NCBI RefSeq assembly: GCF_022045235.1
Contig: NW_027266269.1
Coordinates: forward strand, 21,948,001 to 22,012,000
Length of the DNA stretch: 64,000 nucleotides
Source of the DNA: Haliotis cracherodii
Lineage: Eukaryota
Reading direction: 5' to 3'
The notes below the pieces were generated by a model that saw only the letters and a program-made list of their open reading frames with translations, was not told the DNA's origin and did not search any database. Both the position numbers and the translations under genes were made by a program. Shown piece by piece: positions 1-13,364 of the stretch; within the stretch, counting starts at the first letter, position 1; each line of letters opens with the position of its first letter.

Positions 1-2489
1 TCCGTTTGCTCTTACACGTGTGACCTTGATGAATTCCAACAAGATCGCAACAAACAAATTCATGTTCCTCTGAATGTGGACAACATCGTGACGGATTGCA
101 CACAAAGGGACATTGCACCGCTGATGACACATAATCCAAATATATGGTATTTTGAGGATGAAGGTGAACAACTAACAGATTAGTATACATTCTAATATTT
201 TGCATAGTATTGAACCAGTATGCATTGAACATTGTCTGTTTGAACAAACTTCTTAAATACTCACATAAAGTATCGGGTATAACTATAACTTTCTTATATT
301 TCTTCTTAACTTATTTTTCTCCTGACATTTTTTGACACCTTAAAGAATACTTCATCTATTATTCTAATACGTCTAGAGGTTGTGATGTTGTAATAGGTAC
401 TGAGTAATCTGAGCTTGCGACAAAATGGATTAGGCTAGGTGATCTGGGTGATTGTATGCCATCGTGCCTATTATTTATAATGTAAGAGCTCTACTTGAGT
501 ATACCCTACATTTATCCTGTAATGGTAACACTATTTAAGGGAAGACCTATCATTTGTAGGTCACTGTTGATATGACCAATAATCCATATGTAACCTTCCT
601 GGTATAACCGTCTCTGTATCGCCATCGTGTTAGCGGTGAAACAGTAGCCTCAACACACAATAACTCCGCATGACATTACGTTAATATGACAAAATAGCAC
701 GAAACAAATCTGGTAAATCGAAAAGTGTAATTTTGCGAAAAGGGGGTCGTTACTATTAAACTGATGACGTCCCTTTGACCCCTGACACATTGAGAACTTA
801 GCACTCACACATCGTTTTCAGCTGCAGAACTGAAGAATGATGTCAGAATAAGACTTTCAACGTCTGTCAAAAACCCTGATGTTATTACAGGCGATATTGA
901 CGTAATACATTGTTTCCTAGTTAATTGAGATTCTGCTTGCAATTCATGTATAGCAGGTAATGTGTTTCGCATAGACGTAGTGATACCTACAATGACAACA
1001 CTACCCAGGAATTGCGAGCATATTTGGAGCAACGTTATGCTTTACAAGAGGAATAGGGTGGCACTCACAGGGAGATAATTCAATGTTTAATCTCCAGCAT
1101 GCCCCGTGGGTGGCGTGCTTAAAGTGCTCTTCACATGAGAGCGTATAGTGAAAGTTAAATTATATAAACAGAATTGAACCAGTTAACTAAACTACTTAAC
1201 TTGAACAACATATTCTAATGAACCTATGGTTAACCTCATATTAAATAAAGGCGATTCCACTCTAATGGCAACGTGTGTATGTGTGTGTGTTTGAGTGTGA
1301 GGGTGTTATTATTATCTGTCGACATTCGTCATCACACTCAATAAGTGTTTTGTACAATAGCAACACTGTCTATATACTCTTTCAACATGCAGTTTTAGTG
1401 TTTTTGCTCACATGCAATAAAGTGGTTTAATTGTTTGCAGAAACGGACAGCCTGAAACAAGAGGAGCTGGACGTACATAAAATGCGTATCCTCACAAACG
1501 GCGTTTTATATGTTGTGGCCATTATTGGTGGGCTAATATTGGATACAGTTACTGAAAAAGCGTCTCTCACTTACGCTCTGGTTCGTGGAGTTGTCAGTAA
1601 ATTTTTAGGTGTGAAAGATACAGTAAAAGATACAGATCTCAACGGTAAGAAACAGAAAGTTGAGCAGGAAGCAGTAAGAACGATCAACGCCTCATATTCC
1701 TCATGTACAAAGAAGACTAGTCTTGATGGGAAATCGGACGGGTTCTCTGCTGCCGCTAATGGCGTAACGAAAAAGTAGGATCTGCTTGCGCCTGTCCTCA
1801 CTTACCTTAGCATTACAGAAAGTGTATACTACAGCATTAGGATTGACAAGAAACCCTCTTGACAAGTTGCTGCACAGATGAGGGCAGTGAGACCAAAAGT
1901 ACGCAGTCAAAAAAAAAGTTTTAGTTATGGTTTTGACCCCAAAAGGCTTTCGTACAAAAGGGATTTGTCAGTTTAAAAGTGAGAGAAATAAATGTGGGTA
2001 AATGATATTTCACATTGCAGCATGCTGATTAGCGCGTTTGCCAAATTGTTCCATTGCTTGCCTTGTTTGCGAAGCGGACCATAGCTACGGAACGTCATGT
2101 AAAAGCATTCTCGCATATAATTCAATTATTCATGTGAATTAATGTTAAAAGTGCCTCGCCATTGCACAGAACATCCAAATTTAATTCACTCGGGCAGATG
2201 AACCGTAATTCGTCATAGCTCGCAGGTTGTTCTGTAACAATGTAATATTTGTTCTGATACAAAGTTCATGCACAGAGAGAAAGTGGTCGTCAAGAATGTA
2301 TAACCATTGCGGTAAACTTTCTCTTGTCCAAAAAAATTTGGCCTCTCGTTTTACTTGTTAAATTCCATAGATTTGTGACATTATGTCATGACAGGTTTAG
2401 ACCTACCAACATGTATGCAGCTATGACATGTCCATTTTTACTATAAAGGTAGATTTACTGCTGTTTATTCCTTCAGTAAATATTTAATG

Positions 2490-4462
2490 TTGATGCTATA
2501 AATGATATGAAAATGGTAAATCCCCTGGTTATAGTGGAATACCGATAGAATAATTTTAAAATGCCCCTTCCATATGTATTGAAATGTTACTTTCACTTTT
2601 TAATCTCATTTTAAATACTGGTGTTTATCCTAAAGCCTGGTCATTAGGTGTAATTATGCCTATATTCAAAAAGGCAGTAGAAACAACCCTTCTGATTATA
2701 GACCCATCTTTTTACTTGAGTGTTCAGGAAAAATATTTGCTAAGATAATGTGTAAACTTTTAAACGATTAGGCAGATCAAGATTGTTTTTTAGTACCTGA
2801 GCAGGCTGGGTTTAGAAAAGGATTTAGTAAATCTGATAATGTGACTGTTATCAATGCTTTGATTGAAAAATATCTATTGTTACATAAAAGTAGATTCTAT
2901 TGTGCGTTCATAGATCTTAAGTCAGCGTTCGATTCAGTGTGTAGCACAAGTTTATTTTACAAACTCTGGAAAGGTAATGTTAATAGTAAAATATTTAGAA
3001 TACTTAAACATATGTATGAAAACGTTAAGTCTTGTATATTTGTTAATGGTGGCTACACAGACTTTTTCCATTGCCAGTCAGGTGTACGAAAGGGGTGTGA
3101 GTTATCTCCCTTTCTGGTTTAAGTTTTTGTTAATGATATTGTTGATTTTCTTAATTCAGACGGGCAACGTAATATTCAATTTGAAATGATTGAACTTTTT
3201 ATTCTAATGTTTGCAGATGATATGGACTTATTCGATAGTAGTGGGGTGGCAAAGACGCCTCGACAAAATGAAGATTTATTGTCATAAATGGAAACTGTCT
3301 ATCAATATAAGCAAAAGTAAAATTATTGTATTTAGACGTAGTGGTCGTCTTAGAAGATATGAAAAGTTTTGTTTTGGCACTGACATTATAGAAATTTCCT
3401 ACTTATAAATATTTAAGTGTTCATCTTTCATCATCTGGTCGTTGGTACTTTACACAGAAGACACTAGCTCTACAAGCGACGAAATATCTTCTCGCTTTAA
3501 AATCAGGCTCAAGGGATTTTATGAAACTTCCTCATAACGTACTTTTACAGATATTTGATGTAAAAATACTACCTGTTCTTCTCTACTGCTCAGAGATACG
3601 GGGCTTTCATCCGTCTCAGGATGTCATCAATGTACATGATAGATTCTGTGAGAATATTTTACAATATGGGAGATTTGTCCCCAATATAGTTGCTCGTGGT
3701 GAGCTTGGACGTTATTCACTTAAAGTCAATCAACATGTTCGTATTGTCAAATATTGGCTCCGACTTGTTTCTCAAAAAACTAATATAATCCTTAGCCATG
3801 CTTATTCATATCAGTACAAAGGAATACATTGCTGGGCACTAAAAGTAAAACAACTTCTTTATTCATATGGTTTTGGCCATGTTGAGAAAAGTCAAGGAGT
3901 AAATCATATTGGTTTTATTGATAACTTTAAAACAAGATGTATTGATATAGATAACCAACAATAGTCTAGGAATTTAAGAACTTACTCAAAACTTTCTTTT
4001 TATTCTTGTATTAAGCAATATAATGTATTTGAAAATTATTTAGATTGCATTCCAGTAAGTGCCTATCGTATTGCTTTGAGTAAATTTAGATATTCTGGTC
4101 ATACTTTGCTAACTGAAAATGGACGGAAGTACAATATGCCTAGAGCTGAGAGACTATGTCCATTTTGCGTAACATCTGAAGTGGAATCTGAATATATCAT
4201 TTTTGTTTACAATGTCCATACTATGACAGTTTGAGACGTAAGATTCTACCTTATTATTTTTACACAAATAGAACTTTTGATAAATTTGTAACACTCTGTA
4301 CAGCAAAAACCCCATGCATAGTTAATGCTTTAGCTAAATTTATATTTCTTGCTTTTAAAAAGCGTAATAACTTTCTCATTGGCGCTGAAATTGTCTAACT
4401 CTGATATCATGTATTGTATAATGGGCCGGTGGCCCCTTTACTGAAATAAATCTCTCTCTCTC
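2490..4462 (+). mobile_element. 5'-truncated, decayed non-LTR retrotransposon (RTE-X-like LINE): RT plus C-terminal Cys/His region
   Basis: RT motifs across broken frames: KSPG, PIFKK/G..NNPSDYRPI, QAGFRKG, FIDLKSAFDSV, GVRKGCELSPFL, LMFADD. Downstream RLCPFC..E.E.. motif; 3' end with GGCC hairpin, AATAAA and (TC)n tail. Many stops and frameshifts. Clade call is from memory of the C-terminal motif. Confidence 0.85.
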
Positions 4463-4710
4463 ACTCCACCTCTTCTATTGGTATAGAAAATGTTCCCTAA
4501 AGAATCCATGCAGTAGTTTTCAGACACAAGGTCGCACAAAAAAAGGAAGGACAGAATTCCTTCCTACAACTACATACACCAGTGCCTTTAGGTCGGGGGT
4601 ATAATAACAGTCTGAACCAGATTATCCAGTGATTGATATCAGGAGCATCGATCCACGCAATTGGGATTCAAATTTAGTGTTATAATTCAAAGACAACTGT
4701 CAATATTATT

Positions 4711-5216
4711 CAGAGCTCCAGATAAGCTGCGTATCTGCGTGAAATACGCATCAGAAATGCAGAAATACGCAGTAAAATATAATCCAAGCGTATCAAATAC
4801 GCAACAAACATTACAGATACGCTACAAAAATAAAACTTGTGCGTATCATCAAAATATTGCGAAGTAACCCTGCGTATTCGATTAACAAATGAGCAACTTA
4901 TTTTGAAATTATAAGTTGGCATTCCGTCAACCTTGCCAAACTCCACGATGACAGTCAGATCATGATCATTTGCCATCACACTTTCTTGTGGAAGTATCGT
5001 GGTATTTTTGAGTCCTATAAAGCTCTCGAACCCACACGACACCAATTTGCAGGGACAAGATGAATAGTGATTTTAAATATTTAACTTAAATACCCACATG
5101 TGTAAAAACTAGTGGGTAACAGAAATTTGAATACGCAGATAGAATTACTGATACCCAATGATTTTAAAATGCATGGGTAAAATACCCACAACACCAAAAG
5201 TTTATCTGGAGCTCTG
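4711..5216. mobile_element. Non-autonomous DNA transposon (MITE) with 15-bp TIR CAGAGCTCCAGATAA
   Basis: cagagctccagataa at 4711 and ttatctggagctctg ending at 5216; an extra terminal fragment at 5269-5291. Confidence 0.7.
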
Positions 5217-5880
5217 ATATTATATTGTGTTTATATTCATATTTCATTATCTAAACCCATAATATAGCCAGAGCTCCAGATAAACTTTTGGAGTATTTTA
5301 TTATAAAGACAATACTGCATAGGTTTCATTCATTCGTTTCATATAAACATACGTCTGTATTCTGTACATGAACATGAACTTACTAATCAATGATATACAA
5401 AATCATTATATTAACCCTATAATGAACAAACAATTCATCAAGGGCGATAACTCGATCCCGACATCACTCATAAGATACAATATAAACCTGGTCCATGTTG
5501 TAAAACACACTTAACATTATAAATACAATTACCATTTTCTTGAAACTGCTGTATTTATTCAGTAACTCACATATATTTGGCACGATACACTATTTACAAT
5601 TCATATTTTGAGACACGACAAACATGTAAATTACCCATACCCAGTGGGTGACACTGGGATGTTTATCGTCTTCATGCAACCGCCTTTTCAACGAATATGA
5701 GTTTCTGTATAGAGCCAGCTGACGGTCACTTCCCTCTCACAATTAACGTCATCAAACTCTCTGCGGTATTAAATTACATGATCACAATCAAATCATCAGA
5801 AATGAGGTCATGATTAATCGTATAATACACCCCGCTTCGTTCTTCAATGAGTTTAGCGATTAAACGTGTAGTCATCTATA

Positions 5881-6118
5881 GAGTAAGTGAGAGAGTTGGA
5901 TTTAACACCGCTTTAAACAGTATTCCAGTTACATCACAACGTGTCAGCTTAATATGAGAGGAAAGCCCGAAGTGATGCAGGTCTCAGACGTTTACCTCTT
6001 CGAAGAAGCCCACGAGAACGGCGAACCGGGATTCGAACCCACAATCATAGGTTCCGGGCGTGCCCAACTGACGCAACTCTGCACAGAGAATCGCGGCGCC
6101 TCAGACGACTGGGCCACC
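5881..6118 (-). mobile_element. tRNA-derived SINE, family B
   Basis: A-box GGTGGCCCAGTCG, B-box GGTTCGAATCC, shared SINE tail and (ACTC)n. Homologous copy at 39624-39880. Confidence 0.75.
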
Positions 6119-6637
6119 CTAACGAGTGTTGATATATTTGATGTCAGACCGCCGTAATATAGCTGGAATATTGCTGAGTGCGGCGTTAACAACAAACAAA
6201 CAAACAAAATCTTTCTGACAAATACCTTTAGGCATCCATGTTGGTTATTTGACTGTTAGTTGTTAGACAATATTTGTCAAATTCAGTCAGTTCACAGGCA
6301 AGAAACGGAGAGTGTTCTTGACTTTATTATGTTACCATAAAATTTCTACATAAAATTTCTGTATAATCAAAAGAACATTTGCATTCTGACATTGTCAAAA
6401 GTCACGTGATTTTGAGCAGCCATTTTGAAATAAACTTCATTAATTTGCAAAGCAGAAATTTGTATGAACGTTGTTGTTCATCCCGTCGTTTTGATGTTAA
6501 AAGACACGAGCGTGAGATTTTATTCATCATCCAACATCATTCTTCCAAGTTTTTCAGTTTGCAGACAGTGATAAGATGTTGGATACAATGGTTCGTGCGC
6601 ACCTCAGTTCACGCCGCTGCACGCGAGTTTACCGTGA

Positions 6638-6799
6638 GTCAGTGAGTTTGGTTTTACGCCGCTTTTAGCAATATTCCACCAATATCACGGTGGGGGACAC
6701 TAGAAATGGGCTTCAAACATTGTTCCCATGTAGGGAATCGAAACCGGGTCTTCGGCGTGACGTGCGAATGCTTTAACCACTCGGCTACCCGACTGCCCC
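6638..6799 (-). mobile_element. tRNA-derived SINE, family A, with 13-bp TSD
   Basis: A/B boxes and (ACTC)n tail; TSD gagtttaccgtga at 6625-6637 and 6800-6812. Confidence 0.9.
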
Positions 6800-6839
6800 G
6801 AGTTTACCGTGACGAATTACCTTACCAAATAGTTACATT

Positions 6840-7525
6840 TAACTGTATAGACAATTAGCACAAAAACACGAGAACGCGAGATTGCGACACTTGACCAATG
6901 TCGCAATCTCGCGTTCTCGCGTTCTCGTGTTTTTGTGCTAATTGCCTATACAGTTATATGTAACTATTTTCAAAAACACGAGAACGCGAGATCGCGACAC
7001 TTGACCAATGTCGCAATCTCGCGTTCTCGCGTTCTCGTGTTTTTGTGCTAAATGCCTATACAGTTATATGTAACTATTTTCAAAAACACAAGAACGCGAG
7101 AACGCGAGATCGCGACACTTGACCAATGTCGCAATCTCGCGTTCTCGCGTTCCCGCGTTCTCGTGTTTTTGTGCTAAATGCCTATACAGTTATATGTAAC
7201 TATTTTCAAAAACACGAGAACGCGAGAACGCGAGATCGCGACACTTGACCAATGTCGCAATCTCGCGTTCTCGCGTTCTTGTGTTTTTGTGCTAAATGCC
7301 TATACAGTTATATGTAACTATTTTCAAAAACGCGAGAACGCGAGATCGCGACACTTGACCAATGTCGCAATCTCGTGTTCTCGCGTTCTCGTGTTTTTGT
7401 GCTAATTGCCTATACAGTTATATGTAACTATTTTCAAAAACACGAGAACGCGAGAACCCGAGATTGCGACATTGGTCAAGTGTCGCGATCTCGCGTTCTC
7501 GTGTTTTTGTTCCTGTTTGCCTGTA
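6840..7525. repeat. Palindromic tandem array (about 115-130-bp units, about 5.5 copies) built on the GAGAACGC 8-mer
   Basis: Each unit is aaaaacacgagaacgcgaga-ttgcgaca-cttgaccaa-tgtcgcaa-tctcgcgttctcgtgttttt plus a constant linker. Related sequence at 13365-13700. Confidence 0.85.
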
Positions 7526-7615
7526 CAGACATCTTGTGGCTCAGTCGTCTGAGTTGTCGCAATTCGTTGTGTAGGTTTGCGTCCCTTGGATGTGCCAGAA
7601 ACCTACAATGGTAGG

Positions 7616-8772
7616 GGCATTGCCTAAAAGTCGGGCCGGGCCGGGCCAAGGCGGGCCAAAGTGTTACTGGCTAATTACTTCATTATAGGCGATCATACCT
7701 ACATATAATTGATGAAACATACAGACATGACATTAATGAACAATCACCAAACAAAAAAGTGCACCATAAATAAGTAATTCGGAGTAAATCACTTGAAAAC
7801 CAGAAAGTGGAGCTGTGTGTAAGCGTCGCTGATCTTGGTAACATGTAAAAGAGCAATCGTTAAACGAAATAAGATTTGAAACGTATCAAATACTTCTAGC
7901 TATCGTGATACAAATTTCCATCTGTGAGCATAGCGTTTATATTTATAGGAACGTACTATATATAAGTAAATACCACTTTATGATGTCACTGATCGTCGTA
8001 TTTAAAGCAGACACGTTGGTTCTCCCTATACTCTCAACAGCCACACAAGTGTTCGGTCCGACTTGGCCCGGGCTGTCAAAATCAACTTTAAACTCACATA
8101 TGTATCATCAAATGGATTCACATCTATAAACTAGTATAATATCTACCTAAATACCACTTTATAGTGTCTCAGATCGCTGTACTTCGCTGAAGGGAAAAGG
8201 GCTTCACTTTTGAGCACCTTGTTTGCTAGTGCAATATGAGACACTAAAGTGTAATATAGGTAGATATAATATTAGTCTATAGATGTTAAGTATGTGTTGT
8301 AACTTTAGAAGCGCTTTGACAGTTATTAACACGTGTCGTGTCAGTCCTATGACATTCGCGAATATCCACTTGCAGAAAACATCCTGTGTTGGTTTTACAC
8401 GAATTAGTGCCAAACACGTTAATTAATGAAAGAAGAGTAGTCAAAACACTGTCATTTCGAATTCCTGCCCAGGACATCACACCCCTGCACGCTAAGGTCG
8501 GTGAGAAACCTTCTCATCAAAGTAAAGACACAGTCAAGACACTGACTTTTCGGTATGGACTCTCGGTATGTAGCTATAATTATCATTTTATTACATTGCT
8601 GAAGATCTATTTTGATACAAACTCAATTAAATGAGCAAAACTATACGTTTCTGGACATTTCAGATCTGCCTAGATGTGCACGTTTCGTTTTATTATTCTG
8701 CAATCCATTTTTAGTATTACCCGCTGGCCCGGCCCGCCCCGACTTTTCTTGGCCCGACTTTTAGGCAATCCC
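7616..8772. mobile_element. Non-autonomous DNA transposon with 9-bp (or 8-bp) TSD, Mutator- or hAT-like
   Basis: TIR ggcattgcctaaaagtcgggcc / ggcccgacttttaggcaatccc; subterminal GGGCC repeats; TSD aatggtagg at 7607-7615 and 8773-8781. Confidence 0.85.
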
Positions 8773-9193
8773 AATGGTAGGTTTCCTCCCATTTAAAAGG
8801 GGCACTGATCTACAGCAATGCCCCGAGACTGGTTGTTGTCTTTGTTATTGTTTTCCCCCGTGAGTATCCGGATGATATAGCAGATGTCAAGACTTGTCGC
8901 GACCTGTGCTGCGCCATTCGTAAGCGCATGTATCGCTTTTATTAATAGTATTTCATTGTGGGTATATTGTTTAGACAAAATGTATAAAGTTTCACGAATG
9001 CGATTTTTGCAACGAATAAATATTCAGTTATTTTACAAATTGACTGAAAATCGGTCAATTTATGTTATTGTTATTACGAATTCCAAACATTTTTATGTTT
9101 TAATTTCATCACCCAGTGACTGAAAATGATAGGATTAAATTAAAGAAAACGAAATTCAAAGTATGTTTCTATAGTTTTGGCTTCTAATACTAG

Positions 9194-9270
9194 CGGGGCG
9201 GTCGGGTAGCCTAGTGGTTATTGCTGAAATAGTGCTAAAAGCGGGGTAAAATCAAACACACTCACTCACT
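9194..9270 (+). mobile_element. Internally deleted family A SINE (about 77 bp) with TSD
   Basis: A-box head fused directly to the tail; TSD ctaatactag at 9184-9193 and 9271-9280. Confidence 0.8.
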
Positions 9271-10759
9271 CTAATACTAGGATAAATAGTCTATTTTTAA
9301 GCCCTTTTGAACCTCTTAAAAGTTGTTAGTCAATCTGGACTTGGATTCAGTCAATTTCTATATTACTGATATATTTAGACATTTTATAAATTGCCTGAGT
9401 GAATCACATTTTACACATTGAGTGTAACATACATGTATGCACGCCTACAGGTACAAGAGGAACAAAAATGATTTTGTCCAATGCAACAGCAAATGAATGA
9501 AAACAAAATGCAAATATCATAATAACGACCCACCGAAGTTTTATGTATACATTTGGGCAGCTTCCTTGTTCGAGGAATGTATCCGTGAACATTCACAAAT
9601 AGGAACAATATCCCATACGTCTGCAGCTGTACAAATAAATTTATTCGACTTCACATGGCTCTGTTACATTCAAATGTTTTAAAATATATACAAAGGTGTC
9701 TAGTCTCATCGGTCAGCTGAGATAGCACGTGTGACAATTATGTTCATGATGTCCATGGTGCTTTATAAATATCCATGGAGTTAGAAAGCAATGAACAATC
9801 AATAAACGTATTATCGGCTAATCCTTTGAACCAAGTATGTTGTTTTTACATCGGCACTTCACGTCATGATATGAGTGTATTCCGTCTGCTTTAGTAAACC
9901 TACACATGTAAACACTTACAAACCCACTGTGCAAGATAACAGTGATTAATCAATGAACGTATTTTCTGTGGAACTTTTGATGGCGAGGAATGATCCGTTT
10001 ACAAAAAAGTAAATGAACTGATCACTCCTCTTGCTGGGCTGCGACGTGAATATTACATAACATAAATTTCACCTCACTTCAAACCTGGATTCAGATGAAA
10101 TAATTTCCCCTGACACAAGACACAACAGCCAAATGGGAACCGTTGTCAGGTAATCTGAGTAGTGCTAACACTAACTATACCTGTAATAGGTTCATTAACT
10201 GAGCAAAGACACAGGTGTAGGGTTATGCCAGAAAACGTGGATAACAACAAGAGATAGCAATCGTATCATCCGCGCAATCCAAAATCCGAAAATGCTTTCA
10301 CTGCTGGGATACCATTTTTTAAACTATAAAAATAAACTGACGGCCAAAAGAAACGTTACCAACGATATTTCTATGATAAAATATGACCAACACAAATTGA
10401 AGCAGCAATAACAATTAACACGACCCATTTTAATTCTGGAATCCCTAAAGGCCAGAAACTCTACGGTCTTTTCCCAGTGTCGGTCAAAGGTATTTACAAA
10501 AATAAGCATGCTGTTTTCATGGGAACATACTAAGGGAGAAAAAATGAAAAAAAAGAGTTCAAAAACTCAATATTTACACCATCTCGCCCATGGGCCAATT
10601 ATTGCATTGTAGAAATTCATCATTCAGAACCGTAAAATTGCTAATTCAACAACAAAGTCCTTGACCTCCAACAGGGACATTTCTTGACAAGGGGTCATTC
10701 GTCCAGTATTCGATCAACAACATTGGTTACAACTTTAAGGTGACGACGGCCCAGACCGT

Positions 10760-11931
10760 TCAAAACGGGATATGACCTCCATGAGCGGCAATGCATCTTC
10801 GAATGCGGCGTCGAACTGAGTAGACAAGCGTCCTCACATCGACCGTAGGTATCCGATTCCATTCCTCATGGAGGGCAACGATCAACGGTTGTCTCGTGAA
10901 GGGAGGATGTTGACGTTTCCGAAGACGACGCCCCAGCTGGTCCGAGATGTTCTGTGGGTGACAGATCTGGTGATCGAGCTGGCCACGGCAGGACAGTCAC
11001 GCTGTTGGCGTTGAGGAAGTCTCTAGTAATACGGGCTGTATGGGGTGTGGCGTTATCTTGTTGGAACACCGTCCGTTGTTGACGCTGGATGAAAGGAAGA
11101 ACCACTGGCCGTACGATATTGTCAATGTAGCGTTGTGCTGTCAGATTGCCTTCGATGATGAGAAGTTCCGTCTTCTCGTCCCCGCTAACGCCGCCCCAGA
11201 CCATCACACTTCCGCCCCCGTAAGGTTCAACCTCCTGGACACAACAAGGAGCCGTACGTTCACCACGTCGTCGATAAACTCGCGTCCGCCCATCAGGTTT
11301 GAAGAGTTGGAACCTGCTCTCGTCACTTAACAGCACTCGCCGCCAATCCCTTTGTTGCCATCGCTGAGTTTGCCTGCACCACGTCAATCTGGCACGTCGA
11401 AGTTGACGGGTCAAGGTCATGCCCTTGAAAGGGCGATAAGCCCGGAGACCATAATGTCGTAGTCGTCTGGTCACTGTTTGTCTGCTGACCGGATGTCCTA
11501 AGCTGTTGGCAGCTGATGACGTCACAGTAAGAAATCTGTTCCTCGGATGAAGTACCCGTAAAAGGCGGTCATCCTGTGGGGTCGTGACCTTTGGTCTTCC
11601 ACTCCGTGGTCTGTCTGCGGTTCTGCCAGTCTGTCGGAGACGTGCGACCAGTCTGGAGCAGTTCATGTTAATGGCAACCGCTCTCTGTGTCGCTCCAGAA
11701 TACATATGGCTCTCTCCCTCTGGACAGGAGGTGGGGCGGTCAGGTAGCCTAGTGGTTGAAGCGTTCGCTCGTCACGCCGAAGACCCCGGTTCGATTCCCG
11801 ACATGGGTACAATGTGTGAAGCCCATTTCTGGTGTCCCCCGCCGTCATATTGCTGGAATATTGCAAAAAGCGGCGTAAAACCAAACACACTCACTCACTC
11901 ACTCACTCTGGACAGCGGTCAGTCTTGGCAT
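10760..11931 (-). pseudogene. Tc1/mariner (DD34E-type) transposase pseudogene
   Basis: HTH region, DRPRSGRP, VLLSDESRF, GGSVMVWGG, FQQDNATPH, WPARSPDLSPTEH and C-terminal AHGGHIPF*. Start MPRLTAVQRERAI at 11931. Broken by frameshifts and a SINE insertion. TIRs not resolved. Confidence 0.9.
11728..11905 (+). mobile_element. Family A SINE inserted into the Tc1 transposase
   Basis: Full tRNA head and (ACTC)n tail; TSD ctctggacag at 11718-11727 and 11906-11915. Confidence 0.9.
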
Positions 11932-13364
11932 GTTCGTTGGTGTTAATCATCGCAACCATTGATAGGGAACAGATCCGTGCGTAATTTATACCCGGGATTG
12001 CACGATAATTTGGGAAAGAATGTTTTATAAAAATGCTGAAAAACACCAATATTTCCCAAAATCCGTAAAGCACGTTTAAAGAACGACAGAGAACATGAAG
12101 GCTGTATTCGTGAAATAACCATCTGGGGTATTTCCAAATAATGACATCCGATGAGCTTCCATCGTTGTTTTTGTCCGTTTGTTTAGGCTGACGAAATTAA
12201 TTAACATGCGCCCTGTGTCTGAAATTCAGAGATTACAGGTAACCAATCAGTGTTCTTGAACACAGTAGTCCAGTCTCTTGTCACACTCAGTTGCGTCAGC
12301 GAGCAAATCGGCAGATAGTGAACCCCAGCTGGCAGTGTTAGACAGACGAGAAGAAGATTAGAGCCCCTTTAAACCTACAAGCCGGGATATAACTGAAATA
12401 TAAATACTGTTCAAAGCAGTGTTAAGCCAAACTCACTCACTTATTCAGAGCCATGCCGGTCCCCCAGGCTTGATATTGGGGGTACTTTTCCAGTATAAGC
12501 ATGCCTGTCATTTGGATGTTATGGCCGCAATAAATTAATAGTTACAGTTTGATTGATTTTTTTAAAAACATGGGAGACAGGAGACATTTAAATTCAACGT
12601 TTTATTTTGTTCTTATCGACCTACTTTAGGCATATGTGTACAATTGCTGTCGACGGATGCGATTCACATGCATCATGGGTGTTCAGTAGGGCTACGTGTT
12701 GCGGGGTATTTTAACAGGTAAAGAAAGTAGAAACACTCATATTAACGATACTTTTATTTCTAGGAATTTGAGGGCATTAAAATAATGTAAGGCAGGATGT
12801 TTTGTTGTCAGGCGGGCGCGGATGAACATCAATTTATTAAAGTAGCGAATATGGTATCGTATAAAAACAAAACAAAAAAACCATCGGACAATATCATTTT
12901 ATCCGAATGCTACAATTTGGTCTGTGAGAATTTTCTTTTAATGAATATTCTAGCCGTGTATAAAATTGCCTCATGGAGAAACTCACTGGCCTGTGATTAT
13001 TTCTGTAACTGTAGAACTGCTGATGCGACTTTAAGCAATATTACTCACTCACTGACGGTAATAGTTTTGTTTCCAGCTTTCAGACACATTAATATTTTCA
13101 CTATCATTGGACATTCATGCACACAATTTCTTTTGTAAAATATATTGAGCATGTTGAGGGTTTTATCATAAAGTACATAGAAAACTGTAACAACGGGAGA
13201 TGACTCAGACTTTGTGTATGTAAATTACATAGCATTTCCAAGCTCAAGTCATAAGTTTGCTAAATGCTACTTGGAGAATGAAGAGCATGAAAGACGCATG
13301 ACCAAAGGATTACTAACGTGCGCATGGGCCTTGACCTTATGATATTACGCATGCGCACGGACAG

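Noticed and set aside
805-1032. 75-aa minus-strand ORF and other short ORFs in AT-rich intergenic/intronic DNA
   Set aside because: No recognisable motifs; lengths are compatible with chance.
6840-7525. CRISPR-like regularly spaced palindromes
   Set aside because: The 'spacers' are identical, there are no cas genes and the context is eukaryotic.
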